Shown here piece after piece: positions 38,200-50,610 of a stretch of DNA of 64,000 nucleotides (positions within the stretch are counted from its first letter, which is position 1; each line of letters begins with the position of its first letter). Under the pieces are notes generated by a model. It ran no database searches and was not told the origin of the DNA. It was given only the letters and a program-made list of their open reading frames with translations. Both the position numbers and the translations under genes were made by a program. Source of the stretch: Mustelus asterias. Its lineage: Eukaryota. The stretch lies in the NCBI RefSeq assembly GCF_964213995.1, contig NC_135801.1, positions 38,564,001-38,628,000 on the forward strand, written 5' to 3'.

Positions 38200-38258
38200 T
38201 GAAGTGTATAAGAAGTGTTCCCGAGTATTTTGCAGAAACTCTTTATAATGCCATTCAG
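38200..38258 (+). CDS. ANXA5: Annexin A5-like coding exon (59 nt)
   Basis: tttcAG|..|GTacgt; VKCIRSVPEYFAETLYNAIQ. Confidence 0.94.
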
Positions 38259-39466
38259 GTACGTTGGAACTATTTGGTTAATTTCACTTATTCAAAGAAG
38301 CTGAAATTAATAATTTTTGGTAGAACAGTAAAGATAAAATGACTAACCTTTAACACTCTCATTCTTGAACTAAGTGCAGGGTCCTAATCACTAAGAATAG
38401 TGATTTTAAAAAAAATTGTGATACACAAGGCCGCGGATGTGAAATTCAGCCCTGCGTTGGGAGGCCTGGTGCTTCTTTTTGAGGTGTGCAGTGCCCCCAG
38501 TCACTTCTGGCACACACTGTTCACAGTGTCACTCGTGTGCTGAAAGGTTGTGAAGCAACACTATCCTGATAATGCACAGCCCAGCCAGTGGATGTGATGC
38601 CTGGACACCTACATGATGCTCTGGCAATGACAGCCTGCATCACTCTGCAGAATACAGGGGTGCAAGTGGGCTGTTCCTTAAAGGGTCCGGCACCTAAATT
38701 GTACTTAAGGTCACTTTTAAGAACCTTCGCTATTGCCAAGTGCCTCAACCTACTTGAGTTGTTTTTGAAGGTGCTGTGGTGAGTTCCTGGTTTCTTCGGG
38801 GAATGTTCTACCCGTTGAGAGAATGGGCAGAGGCTGAGGAGGAGGAAAACTTTATGCCTTTCACTCTGCCAACTTGGGGTTGAAGTTGTGCTCCTTGACA
38901 CTGATGGGACACTACCCGGTGGAGTGGCCCCAGTGACCCCAGGACCTAGGTAAGCACACTCACCAGCATGTTTGTATGCTGCCCCATCAAATTCCTTCTC
39001 CGAGTCCTATTTAGCAGAATTTGTCGGCTGTTTTTCCAAGCTCGGAGCTGACAAACAAAACAGTCCTTTCTCCCTGAAAATGCTGGGAATGTTCAGCAAG
39101 TCAGGTAGCATCTGTGGAGAGAGGTAAAGGTCGTGACCTTTTATTGGAACAGTTCAAAGAGAAGTGGCCATTGGGAGTCAGTCTGAAAGAAGTATGTATT
39201 TATAAGGAATAAATTGAGAACTTGCATCTTAGAAATATCTTTCCTATTGATGCAATGTTAGAAATTTACTGTCATGATGTGTTCTAGCTTGCCCTGAATT
39301 TCTTGCTTTTTTTTTACTCCTCCACTGTGGTGCTGCTTTCTAATCTGAATCGATGCAAAGTGGAAAGTTTCTAGAAGGCAGCAAGTCTAAGGAGTCTTCA
39401 ATAAAAACAGAAAATGTTCAGCCGGTCCTTCAGCATCTGCATAGAGGGGGAAAAAACAGGGTTAAT

Positions 39467-40369
39467 TGTAAGAGAAATTTTCTGAGTTTTCCCGTGGGGT
39501 GCTCTGTATTTGTTGAACCTCACTCAATCAATACATAGACTGCAAAAGACAGTATATAGTTAAAGAACGGAGAGGAATGTATTTGCTGATGCATGCGTCA
39601 GGAGAGAAACACAGTCAATGAGGGTTGACTGTCCTCTGAGCTAATATTGCAAGGTAAAATTATTATATTCTGAACATTTCAATATCCCACCCAGTCTCAT
39701 CAATCAGACTGGAGAGCCCAATCACAATATTACACATTATTACCTTAGCTAATAACATTCCATCTGTCAACAGGAATAGGAGATTATTAGCTTATTGCCC
39801 ATGTAGGTTCCTCCCCCTTTACCCAGGAAACCTAACCCACATCATTACTAGTAACCAAGGTCATAACTAACACCGGCGAAGTTTAATTGGTGAAAGGAGT
39901 CGCTCTTTCACTGGAACCGGGGCCTCCTTTATCAGCTTGAGAGACTGCTCCAGCCTCGCTGCCCATGAATGAATTTACTCCCTTAAATAGCAGGCCTATT
40001 AAACTTGACTTTCGCACATCCAAAAACAGATAACAGAAGCTGCCTTTCTGTGCTCCATTGTATTAAAAGAACTTGGTCTGTCTACCACTGTGTTTCCCAT
40101 CATGCTGCATTCAGAACAAAGTTGGCCAAGGTGCACAATACATATATATTGAAAATATAGTTTAAGCTTATAATACTTGGTTAATTTGTGGTTATACAGT
40201 TTATAATACATTTGCAGTTCATAATACCTTTGTATATTTTGTTTCAGGTACATTGTGAATTCTCACTATATATAAGGCACTTTATAATTACCTTAACTTA
40301 GCCTACTTATCATAATAAAAGTAAAATGAAGGGCCTTATACTAAGAATTCTATACTACCCCCCCCATCA
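39467..40369 (-). repeat. ERV 3' LTR (903 bp)
   Basis: Direct repeat of 46612-47510, roughly 95% identical by eye. Confidence 0.96.
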
Positions 40370-40411
40370 GTCCCTGCTTTTGGCCCTTGGCTATAGCCCA
40401 AGATAAGGCCA

Positions 40412-41600
40412 CTAAATAGAAGTGTCCCAATACTTGTTCCTGTGTCCTGAAGGATGACTGGTCTCTTTGTATCCTTGCTTGCTCAACTTAACTGTCGTCA
40501 CTGTTACCATCCCTTCTGTGGACTTGGGCAACCTTGCACAAGCACATTTAATTACATTAACAAGCATCATCAATGCCAAGATCATCATGAAGAATATTGC
40601 AATCCCTTGTAGGATTGATGTTCCCATGGACCCCAGCCAGCCTACTACCTGAGGTAAACGGTTCAGGGTCTTTGAGTTTCCCCACCTCTCTCCTGATATG
40701 ATTAACCAGATTAATTATGTTTTCTGAACTATCTGGTATGTACGTGCAACACTCTGATCCAATGCCAATCTGTGTTGAAGTACCACAGTGCGCATGGCTA
40801 CCAGCTCATCATTAACCTTAGCAAGGGCAGTTGCTGTATCATTGGTGACTTGTTCCAAAATGAAGCATAGAACCAAAATTACCGGCATCGCTTTAGTTAC
40901 TCCATATTGGGGAAACAATATGCCAAAGAACCGTTCCATTTCTGTAATAGCTCGTCAACGTCTTGGCAGGGGAGGGAGTTTAGGAGTGTGATATATGTAT
41001 GGGATTACATATCCAAGATAACACGACACCTTCCATCCGACAGGGAGCCAAGGATATGCCCTATCCCCACAAATCCTATATGTTCCATTGAGAGTTGGTA
41101 AGTGTTGCCTCCTCCATAGCAATAAGAAATATTGCAAGATTGGTCATTACTAGGTGGGCTCAGGCATAGCCGTGTGGTTCGATTTACCATGTGGTCACAT
41201 TCACTCAGTTTTCCCCTTGGCCTTCCACGTTTCTAGCACAATATATCTCTTTTGGTTTTGGTGTTGGCTATTTTAAAACTAAACTAGGAGCTGGTTTCTC
41301 TAGGTTATAGATAGGTGTATATGTGTTTATATGACCTAACTTCCCTGCACAAGACTCACTGTTATGAAATTCTTTCCTTACCTCTCTACTGATGAATCCT
41401 GGTAATGGGTGTCCAGGATACTTGGAATTCTGGGCTCTGACCATGTTAAGGGCATTGGCTTTAATGGTATTCCCCCTTCTGCATATATGAGGATGTGCGA
41501 ACATACCCAACACTTCATCTGACTGGTCAATCTGACATGTGTGTGTGCCATATTATAAGTAAGTATTAACACGTACCTCCCGAGGGGACCTCCGTTGCTG
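40412..41600 (-). pseudogene. env: ERV env remnant (gamma-type SU-TM)
   Basis: SU CWVC (CXXC) and CYLGYVIP; furin site RR*R; fusion peptide ERFFGILFPQYGV; heptad/ISD VVLQHRLALD; CCTYIP; membrane anchor ILQGIAIFFMMILALMML; multiple frameshifts. Confidence 0.92.
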
Positions 41601-41962
41601 GTCCCACCTGAGTCAAAATCTATACATTCAACACTAAAAAGATATAATCACGTGCATTAATTATAGCAATCTCTACAACTTCTGTCTTACAATCAAACAC
41701 AATTGTTGATTGATGTCAGCTAATAATACAGCTTGTTTACAAAACTTGCACAATCACCGCGCCGCACATTGTACGCGCTCGCGACTTGACTTGCTTCTGC
41801 ATTGGGAGATGTCCGGTCGATCTTGATTGTAGCTGTGGCAGATCAGAGATCTTCTGTGCACCTAATCTGTAATAGAATCCAGATGGCCTCGTGACCTTAA
41901 ATTTAGCAATTAGAATAAATTTGGTCTAATCAGATTCTTTCTACTTCTACTATTAAATTAAA

Positions 41963-43860
41963 TCATTCAGTCGCTGGGTCAGGTTCACTGTCTTGGGGCT
42001 TACCACCAGGGTACGGCTTTAACTGAGTCCAGTGTCTCCAACGTGGGCTGCACTTCTCATCAATTAGGGCACATGTCTGCCCTGTAACCACCACATCAAA
42101 AGGCCCTTCCCAGCGAGTTCCTAGCCCTTTTTTGTCTGTCATGGGTTTCACCATTACCTTATTTCTCGGTAAAGGCAACTTAGGAGTACTCTCTCCGCCA
42201 ATTTAGTCCAATCTCAGTGCTGCTGTTGCGTGAACACCTGCTTTTTGAGAAAATGTAGACGATCTATTAGATCCCTCCGTGTTCGGTTCATCCTCCCCAC
42301 CATCCCTCAACTCTGAGGGTGATATGGTATGTGAAACCTCTGCTTTATTCCCAACATACGACAGACCTCTTTCAAAACTCTCCGTGAAATGAGTTCCCTG
42401 ATCAGAATCCAGCTGAAGAGGCATTCCCCACCTGGGAATAATCTCATTTGCTAATATCACAGCTACCGTTGTAGCTGTGGCATCTTTACATGGGAATGCT
42501 TCAACCCTTCGAGTAAACTGGTTTAATATTACTAAACAGTACGTTTTCCCTGTATCCGTGATAACAGCCTTGTAAAATCCATTTATAAATTCTTCCAGAG
42601 TCTTTTGGGTCTGGGTTGACTTCCCATGTTAATCTTGTAGGGACGTCCTGGCACCACTAGGGTGCACTCTAGCCACCTCTGCCAATACTAACATTTCTTC
42701 AATAAATCAAGCATTCTGTCTCTGCTTGTGTGTGCTAGTTCGCGATAAATCTTCAGCAGCGAATGCTGTATTACTTTAGGAACTATTATTTTCCCTTCTC
42801 TCCTCCATATTCCATCATGACCTTTCCGCCCTCCATCTTTTTTCTATTGCTCCTTTTCCTCTTCTGCTTGTTCCTGCACTTGTTTTACACAATATCTGTA
42901 CTGTCTTCAACTGCTACAGCTGCTAACCCTACAGCTGAATCCACTCCCAATCCTGTTTTACTAAGGCCTTTGCTGCCTGGTCAGCAAAATGATTTCCTTG
43001 CTGGACTTTATTCTCAATTTTCCTGTGAGCTTGAACTTTTATTACTGCTGCTTCTAAAGGAACCCTGGCTGCCTGGAGGAAATTCCTGAGTATGTGGGCT
43101 ATGGAGGATTATTTTTCCCATCAAGGTGAGGGGCTCCGAAACATTGACCGCCCACGAGGCACAAGCTAGTGCTCTCACACACCAATGCATCCCTCTGGCA
43201 ACAGAGTAACTGAGTGGAGAAACACCCCATAAGTCTCAATCTGTCCCTATGCTGCTGAGCAACTACAGCTGCCTATACTCCATCATGTAATGGTTTGGTG
43301 ACCAAAGCTGGGGCTGTCACCAAAGCCTGCTCCAAATCTGAAAAAGCCTGTACTCCTGCATCTCCCACTCTCTCTTTTAGATAGATACCCTACAGTGCAG
43401 AAAGAGGCCCTTCGGCCCATCGAGTCTGCACCGACCACAATCCCACCCAGGCCCTATCCCCATATCCCACCCACTAATCCCTCTAACCTAGACATCTCAG
43501 GACTCGAAGGGGCAATTTTAGCATGGCCAATCAACCTAACCTGCACATCTTTGGACTGTGGGAGGAAACCGGAGCACCCGGAGGAAACCCACGCAGACAC
43601 GAGGAGAATGTGCAAACTCCACACAGACAGTGACCCAAGCCAGGAATCGAACCCAGGTCCCTGGAGCTGTGAAGCAGTAGCGCTAACCACTGTGCTACCG
43701 TGCCGCCCCACTTGACTAGTCCTTTCTTTATCAAGCCCTGTAAGACATTAGATTATTGGGCTTAATCTTCCACAAAATTCCTACAATTGTTAAAAATTAT
43801 TCAATACTTGTTTTATCCCTTTTCGGGTGAAAAGCCTTTGTACACAAATCCCCTCCCCCC
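41963..43860 (-). pseudogene. pol: ERV pol remnants (RT connection, tether, integrase), heavily deleted
   Basis: AFSDLEQALVTAPAL; VARGMHWCVRALA; FTRRVEAFP..ILANEIIPRWGMPLQLDSDQGTHFT; GTRWEGPFDV..WRHWTQLK. Confidence 0.88.
43378..43707 (-). mobile_element. V-SINE tail type A nested in ERV pol
   Basis: Near-consensus, CpG-rich copy; CCCACT on both flanks. Confidence 0.92.
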
Positions 43861-45149
43861 GGTCCTCTGGAAACTATCTTTTTTTCAGAATACTATAACC
43901 TCATAAATCTTTGAAACAGAAACCAAACCTTTCAATTTGACCCCAGGCCATAAATTATTTTGATTGTTCTTATCTTAAATAACATCATTTTATTAAGGTA
44001 ACTTGCTTACAACACATTTTCTTATGTCAGAATTATCCCAAACTCAGAAAACAGTGTTGCGGACTTTAAACTGCCCATTAGTGCCTATCTTATCTTTTCT
44101 TTCTTTTAAGAAAACTTTGTTCCTTTATCTATAGCTATCGCCTAAAACTACATTCTACTTCCTAGAATCCCCTTAAATGTCTGTCTTGTATCCAACGAAT
44201 CCCACTTTTGATTCTGTTTGCTATCAGTTCCTCTATAACATATCTTTTATCACCCTGTTCATTTTCCTTTCTCATTTATTCCACTGAATTATTTCCCTCA
44301 TCTCTAATTATATTATTCTGTCAATTTGGTGTTATAGGCGGCCTCTCCCTTTTAGCCCGTCTGGCATCTAATATAGTTTCAACCTTCCCATATTCAAAAT
44401 TTACAACAGGGTGTGCTTTGTGTTCAAAACTACTCCAGTTTTGTGGTTGATTTACTGCATATCCATGTCACATTTTAACTAGAATGCACTATGGCAGTAT
44501 ATTAATTCCTATCATAAAACACACACTCCCATTCTACCTTAAGCAACTCCCCTTTCAGTTAGATTTTTGATTTTATGCCTTAAAACTTCTGCAAGTCTTT
44601 AACGCAAAGATCCATCCTGTCTGGGACAGAATGGGTTAATTCTCTGCTTGTTTCAGCTGGGGCAGAGTAAATTCGCTCAGATTGACATCACTTCAAACAC
44701 TCTGGAATAATTCTTTCCATTTATCTTTTCATCGTCAGTTCTATCAAGAATACATTTTAAAAAGTAACAACAAGCCTGATCCAAATTAATCCAAAATTAA
44801 ATTTATTTTTATCATTTTTAAATAGCCCTACTAAATTAAAACTTTTACACTTATAATCTCTCCAGTTTAGCGCAAAATTTGCATGATGAATTATTTCTAT
44901 AACTTTGCCTCCGTAACCAACACAAGCAAATACAAAATCAAATCAACTGTGTGCCTAAATGGTTAACTCTCCTTGCAACTTTTCAGGCGTAACGTAACGC
45001 CATCTTGAAATTGATTTTCCTTTCCCAACATGGCAGAGCTCAAATCTCTGTCGGATTCCTATTCTTGAAAATGACCATGGATCGCACGATTACATCCTCT
45101 CTCTCTGCCATACACAGAGAGTCCTTGCCTGCTTTTAACACTTTAACAA

Positions 45150-46049
45150 ACAAAGAACAAACAAAGAACAATACAGCACAGGAACAGGCCCTTCGGCCCT
45201 CCAAGCCCGCGCCGCTCCCCGGTCCAGGATTGAATCCTGAATCCAGGATCCCCGCCCAATTTTCCAGCCTATCTACATACCAATATCCTATCCACCGAGC
45301 TGTCCCCCACAGCTACGATGCTTTGTTCATTACAACCTATTAACTCACCCCCACCCCCCCATTCCAGACCATGTGATCTCCAGGGAGAGGCGAAAACCCA
45401 GAGTGAAAAACCCCAGGGCCAATATGGGGAAAAAAAATCTGGGAAATTCCTCTCCGACCCCCTGAGGCGATCGAAACGAGTCCAGGAGATCACAATGGCC
45501 CTGATCGGAAAATGCTTCCCAACCCTAGTCATTTCCACTTCCACGAGAAACAAGGAACAATTAGCCCGCGCCGCTCCCTGGTCCAAACTAGACCACTCTT
45601 TTGTATCCCTCCATTCCCACTCCGTTCATATAGCTGTCTAGATAAGTCTTAAACGTTCCCAGTGTGTCCGCCTCCACCACCTTGCCCGGCAACACATTCC
45701 AGGCCCCCACGACCCTCTGTGTGAAATATGTCCTTCTGATATCTGTGTTAAACCTCCCCCCCTTCACCTTGAACCTATGACCCCTCGTGAACGTCACCAC
45801 CGACCCGGGGAAAAGCTTCCCACCGTTCACCCTATCTATGCCTTTCATAATTTTATACACCTCTATTAAGTCTCCCCTCATCCTCCGTCTTTCCAAGGAG
45901 AACAACCCCAGTTTCCCCAATCTCTCCTCATAACCAAGCCCCTCCATACCAGGCAACATCCTGGTAAACCTCCTCTGTACTCTCTCCAAAGCCTCCACGT
46001 CCTTCTGGTAGTGTGGCGACCAGAACTGGACGCAGTATTCCAAATGCAA
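45150..46049 (-). mobile_element. Young CR1 3' fragment with long 3'UTR nested in the ERV leader/gag region
   Basis: Intact frame HLEYCVQFWSP..GMEGYKRVV* (45588-46049); (TTCTTTG)-type tail near 45150. Confidence 0.92.
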
Positions 46050-46590
46050 TTTACTTCTCTCTTTGGTCTATGATGCTTTAGACCAACCAATTTAACCTGT
46101 CTGTCTCTCTCTCACAGGAGGCCTTTACTCCTGGGACCTCTCCCCGCTGATTCTCTCACATGGCCTTGTCCCTTCTCTACCTCTGGAACCCCTCCCTGAG
46201 AGTTCCTTGTGCCTGAGCGAGCCACCGTCTGTACACACGGTCTAGCCTCTTGACGCTTCTCTAACAACGTGGCTCTTCACTCTGCTGCATGAGTGTCGGA
46301 GAGTCTGCCCTCGGCCCTGCTATGTTTAAGCATAGCTTTTCCGCAAACGCCCCTTCTACCCACATGGCTTTTCGCTCCTCTCCATAGGAGATCCAAGAGT
46401 CCGTCTTGGCCTCTCTACGTTAAGCATGGGCTCTTTACATACACCTTTCGCACCTCTTCCCCAGTCCGAGGTACTCAAGTTACAGCTTCCGGCTGCTAGA
46501 TGCGTAGCCCCCTAACTGCTGGGTGGTATTTAAAGAATATACTCACACACCACTTGGGAACACGTCTCGCCGCTGGTCACCGGTGAGTAC

Positions 46591-46608
46591 CCTGCTGTCA
46601 CAGCACCA
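46591..46608 (-). promoter_or_regulatory. Primer-binding site, tRNA-His-like
   Basis: TGGTGCTGTGACAGCAGG 3 nt inside the 5' LTR; first 12 nt match the His PBS TGGTGCCGTGAC with one mismatch. Splice donor GTGAGT at 46546-46541. Confidence 0.7.
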
Positions 46609-46611
46609 AAT

Positions 46612-47510
46612 TGTAAGAGGAATTTTCTGAGGTTTCCCGTGGGGTGCTCTGTATTTGTTGAACCTCACTCAACCAAAACATAGACTGTGAAAGACAGTAT
46701 ATAGTTAAAGAATGAAGAGGAATGTATTTGCTGATGCATGCATCAGGAGAGAGACAGTGAGGGTTGACTGTCCTTCCTGAGCTAATATTGCAAGGTAAAA
46801 TTATTATATTATTCTGAACATTTCAATATCCCACCCAGTCTCATCAATCAGACTGGAGAGCCCAATCACAATATTACACATTATTACCTTAGCCAATAAC
46901 ATTCCACCTGTCAATAGAAATAGGTGTTTATTAGCTTATTGCCCATGTAGGTTCCTCCCCCTTTACCTAGGAAACCTAACCCACATCATTACTAGTAACC
47001 AAGGCCAAACTAACACCTGTGAAGTTTAATTGGTGAAAGGAGTCACTCTTTCACTGGAACCGGGGCCTCCTTTATCAGCTTGAGAGACTGCTCCAGCCTC
47101 GCTACCCATGAATGAATTTACTCCCTTAAATAGCAGGCCTATTAAACTTGCCTTTCGCACATCCAAAAACAGATAACAGAAGCTGCCTTTCTGTGCTCCA
47201 TTGTATTAAAAGAACTTGGTCTGTCTACATTGTGTTTCCCATCATGCTGCATTCAGAACAAAGTTGGCCAAGGTGCACAGTACATATATATTGAAAATAT
47301 AGTTTAAGCTTATAATACTTGGTTAATTTGTGGTTATACAGTTTATAATATATTTGCAGTTTATAATACCTTTGTATATTTTGTTCCAGGCACATTGTAA
47401 ATTCTCACTATATATAAGGCACTTTATAATTACCTTAACCTAGTCTACTTATTATAGTAAAAATAAAATGAAGGGCCTCATACTAAGAATTCTATTCTAC
47501 CCCCCCATCA
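46612..47510 (-). repeat. ERV 5' LTR (899 bp)
   Basis: Minus strand TGATGGGG...CTCTTACA followed by the PBS. Confidence 0.96.
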
Positions 47511-49117
47511 TTAATGTTCCAGGTTGACTCCCTTTCATCAGAGGTCTTTGGTCAGTGTGTCTTGAATCGGGAGTTGTTAGCAGTGTTCATGTGATGGTTT
47601 TGGAAGTTGGTTCACTGTCTATGCCTGTACCAGGGGGTTTGAACAAAGGTTGTAGAGAGGAAAGGACTAGAGTCTAAAGGGAAGAAATAGGTCAACATTT
47701 CTCTTTTTTTGTGACGCAGTTTTGACGATTGGAAATGTTGCATTTTGTTCTCTTTGTTTCTGAGTTTGTCATGAAGTTGACAAAATAGCTCTGCTGCTGA
47801 AACTTATGCAGCTAAGATGACATTTTGAAGAATTAGAGCAGTTTGATTTTTCTGTCTCCAAATCCAGTCATGTGTAAAGAACTTTGCAATGCTGTGTAAA
47901 AGTTAACTGCATGAGGTTTATAGCCGTTAGTTACGTTTATCCTGCACCTTTCAGCTCACAACATTTTTGTGCCATAACATGCCGAAAATGCTGATGATGA
48001 TGTGGGAAGGGCAAAGAGGCATCTCTAGTCCTTACTGGGTGGCAGGACCAATAATCTATTTTCCTAACCCAGTGAGATTTAAAGATTGTGAAGAAATAAG
48101 AAAAATGGAGTACGGTGAATTATAATGAACAAATTAGTAAAATCAGGCTCGGGAGAAGAAATAGAGAGGGGAGGAAAGTCAAAGGAACTGTAAGGAAACA
48201 ATTTGAGATTTTGAAACGCCCTCAAAGGAGGATTTGCTGCATTTGTGAATGAGAGTCCATAACTTAAATAGTTCCCTTTCTGGGCCAGAGATGTTGATTG
48301 GTATTACATTGCCAATTGTCATGTTAAGAGAGTACTCGAAGATTTAATCACCAGCCCTAACTTTGAACCAAGTGTAATGGGCAATTAATGTGCAAGTTCA
48401 GTAAGCTCCAAAAAGTAACAGGGAGGCAGAGAGCAAGATGCCATTTTTGGGAAGCAAACAATGGAGTGGCTTCAATCAACTAACATGTTCTGAGATGTAT
48501 GACTCGTGATGATTCATCTCTCTTACTCCCTGTTGGCTGATTTATGCATTACCAAGGCATGTGTTGTTAATGTGCAATTATTTTCCCCAGCAAGATTTGT
48601 CCCAATATTACTCAAGTTAATATAAACAAAAGCATTAGAATGGAATGAAACTCCTAGCAGCTATTTACCAAGCACGCATCATATTGTGAACTTGCTGATG
48701 GGGAAACTCATTTGCGATGTCGTTTGTCTTTGTTTTTGTTAAGTTACTTGTCATTACAGTTGGCAGGCACATTCCAGCAGAATAAATAGTAATTCATCAG
48801 TGATTGTGCATTTCTTAAGATGGCAAGGAAAATTATTCAAACTGGTTTATACTTGTGAGTTCTGGTTCTGTATATTTCTTTACTATCCAATATTTAAAGA
48901 AATCACTTGGTCAAGCTGAAACTTGTTCATCATTTATTGATGTCCAAGCAGTATGTAAATCTACATCTACTTTGATTGTGATAGAAAAGACATTCTTTAT
49001 TTAGAGTACTGCATGAAAACATGCAGCAACAGCATAATCATATTGTCAGATATGATGAGTGGATTGGAGTCTGTTAACAATAATGTTGTTTCACACTTTT
49101 TTCTCTTTTGAAACTAG

Positions 49118-49240
49118 GGAGCTGGTACAGATGATGACACGCTTATCAGGGTTATGATTTCAAGGAGTGAAGTCGATTTGCTTGATATCCGTGAGAAGTT
49201 CCATGCCAACTACGGAAAATCTCTTGCCAGTATGATCAAG
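49118..49240 (+). CDS. ANXA5: Annexin A5-like coding exon (123 nt)
   Basis: aactAG|..|GTatga; [41 protein letters not shown]. Confidence 0.95.
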
Positions 49241-49466
49241 GTATGACAATGAGATGGAAGATTTGTGATAAAGAGGAAAACTGGTCAGTGATCTATGTCT
49301 CAGAACTTGCAGCTGCTGATATGAAGGATAGATCAGTAGTTAAATGCCAGCTTAAAAATAAATAATGCAAAAAGGTATCCTCATTGGAATATTAAAGCCA
49401 ACTCGTGTTGTTAGCGGGAGTTTCATTCCTGCGAAATAGCGAAGGGTGAAATTACAAACAATGAAC

Positions 49467-50005
49467 TTGATTTGATTTATTATTGTCACATGTATTAACA
49501 TACAGTGAAAAGTATTGTTTCTTGCGTGCTATACAGACAAAGCATACTGTACATAGGGAAGGAAAGGAGAGCGTGCAGAATGTAATGTTACAGTCATAGA
49601 TAGGGTGTAGAGAAAGATCAACTTAATGCAAGATAGGTCCATTCAAAAGTCTGATCGCAGCAGGGAAGAAGCTGTTCTTGAGTCGTTTGGTACATGACCT
49701 CAGACTTTTGTATCTTTTTCCAGAAGGAAGAAGGTGGAAGAGAGTATGTCTGGGGTGTGTGGGATCCTAATTATGCTGGCTGCTTTGCCGAGGCAGCGGG
49801 AAGTGTAGACAGAGTCAATGGATGGGAGGCTGGTTTGCATGATGGACTGGGCTTCATTCATGACTCTGTATTGGTAAACACAGTAAGACGTCTAACAACA
49901 GGTACTGGTATACAGTGAAAAGTATTATTCCTTGCAAGCTATACAGACAAAGCATATCATTCATAAAGTACATAGGGGAGAAAGAAAGGAGAAGGTGCAG
50001 AATGA
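49467..50005 (-). mobile_element. Rex1-like 3' fragment, followed by a PLE stub (49873-49900) and a second copy of the tail
   Basis: TTGATTTGATTTATTATTGTCACATG mirrors the 12160-12185 tail; 49905-50005 repeats 49500-49582. Confidence 0.82.
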
Positions 50006-50363
50006 GGTGAATTTCAGCGTGTGCAGAGATGGGTGTATGCACAGTAAGTACTTTCTACATGAAAAAGATGTGGGAAAAGTGAGAGTTTAATATAACAATT
50101 TAATTTGTGGATGAGTGAAGTTTTGGCGCTGCAAACCGCGATTTAGTGTATGTACACATGCATGTGGAAGATGCACTGTATTCGAAAGATACTTGAGTGG
50201 AGATGTAATTGATGTCTGTAAAATTGTAATTTAAAGAATCCTGAATTATGGTTGATCCCAGAAGATAGGAGTGGATTCAATATCGGAGGTTTTAGGATGT
50301 TTGTGATATTCAAGAAAGAGACAAATGGCAGGTCAGGAGGAGACGAGTGTTTCATGTACAGGA

Positions 50364-50610
50364 TGATGCACTATCAATCAAGCAAAGACTAGTTTGTATG
50401 CTAGAACAAATAGGCTTTTATTAGCAAAAGACTTGGAGCACACCCATGCTGATGAACTGGTCCAGAGACTGAGGCAGGGGGGTGGAGAGCAGTCACCTTT
50501 ATATCTGGACCGGGGGGGAGGAGTCCCAGGCCGGGCTGGCAGGGGCATGCCCAGGCATGTCACACACACACACACACACACAGGCAATAAGCTAACAGTG
50601 GTTTACCACA
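50364..50610 (-). mobile_element. Short solo LTR (Gypsy/BEL-like), antisense
   Basis: Minus strand TGTGGTAAACC...GTGCATCA, 5-bp TSD CAGGA (50359, 50611), TATAAAGG and AATAAAA on minus, internal (TG)n. Confidence 0.85.

Larger units (their letters stand above)
39467..47510 (-). mobile_element. Defective endogenous retrovirus, antisense in the ANXA5 intron
   Basis: Two ~900-bp TG..CA LTRs, 5-bp TSD TTAAT (39462-66, 47511-15), PBS, pol and env remnants, purine-rich AAAAGCAGGGAC before the 3' LTR. Confidence 0.96.

Noticed and set aside
43860-45140. Intact ERV gag or protease
   Set aside because: Stops in all minus frames and no recognisable MHR, zinc knuckle or DTG motif; treated as degenerate internal sequence.
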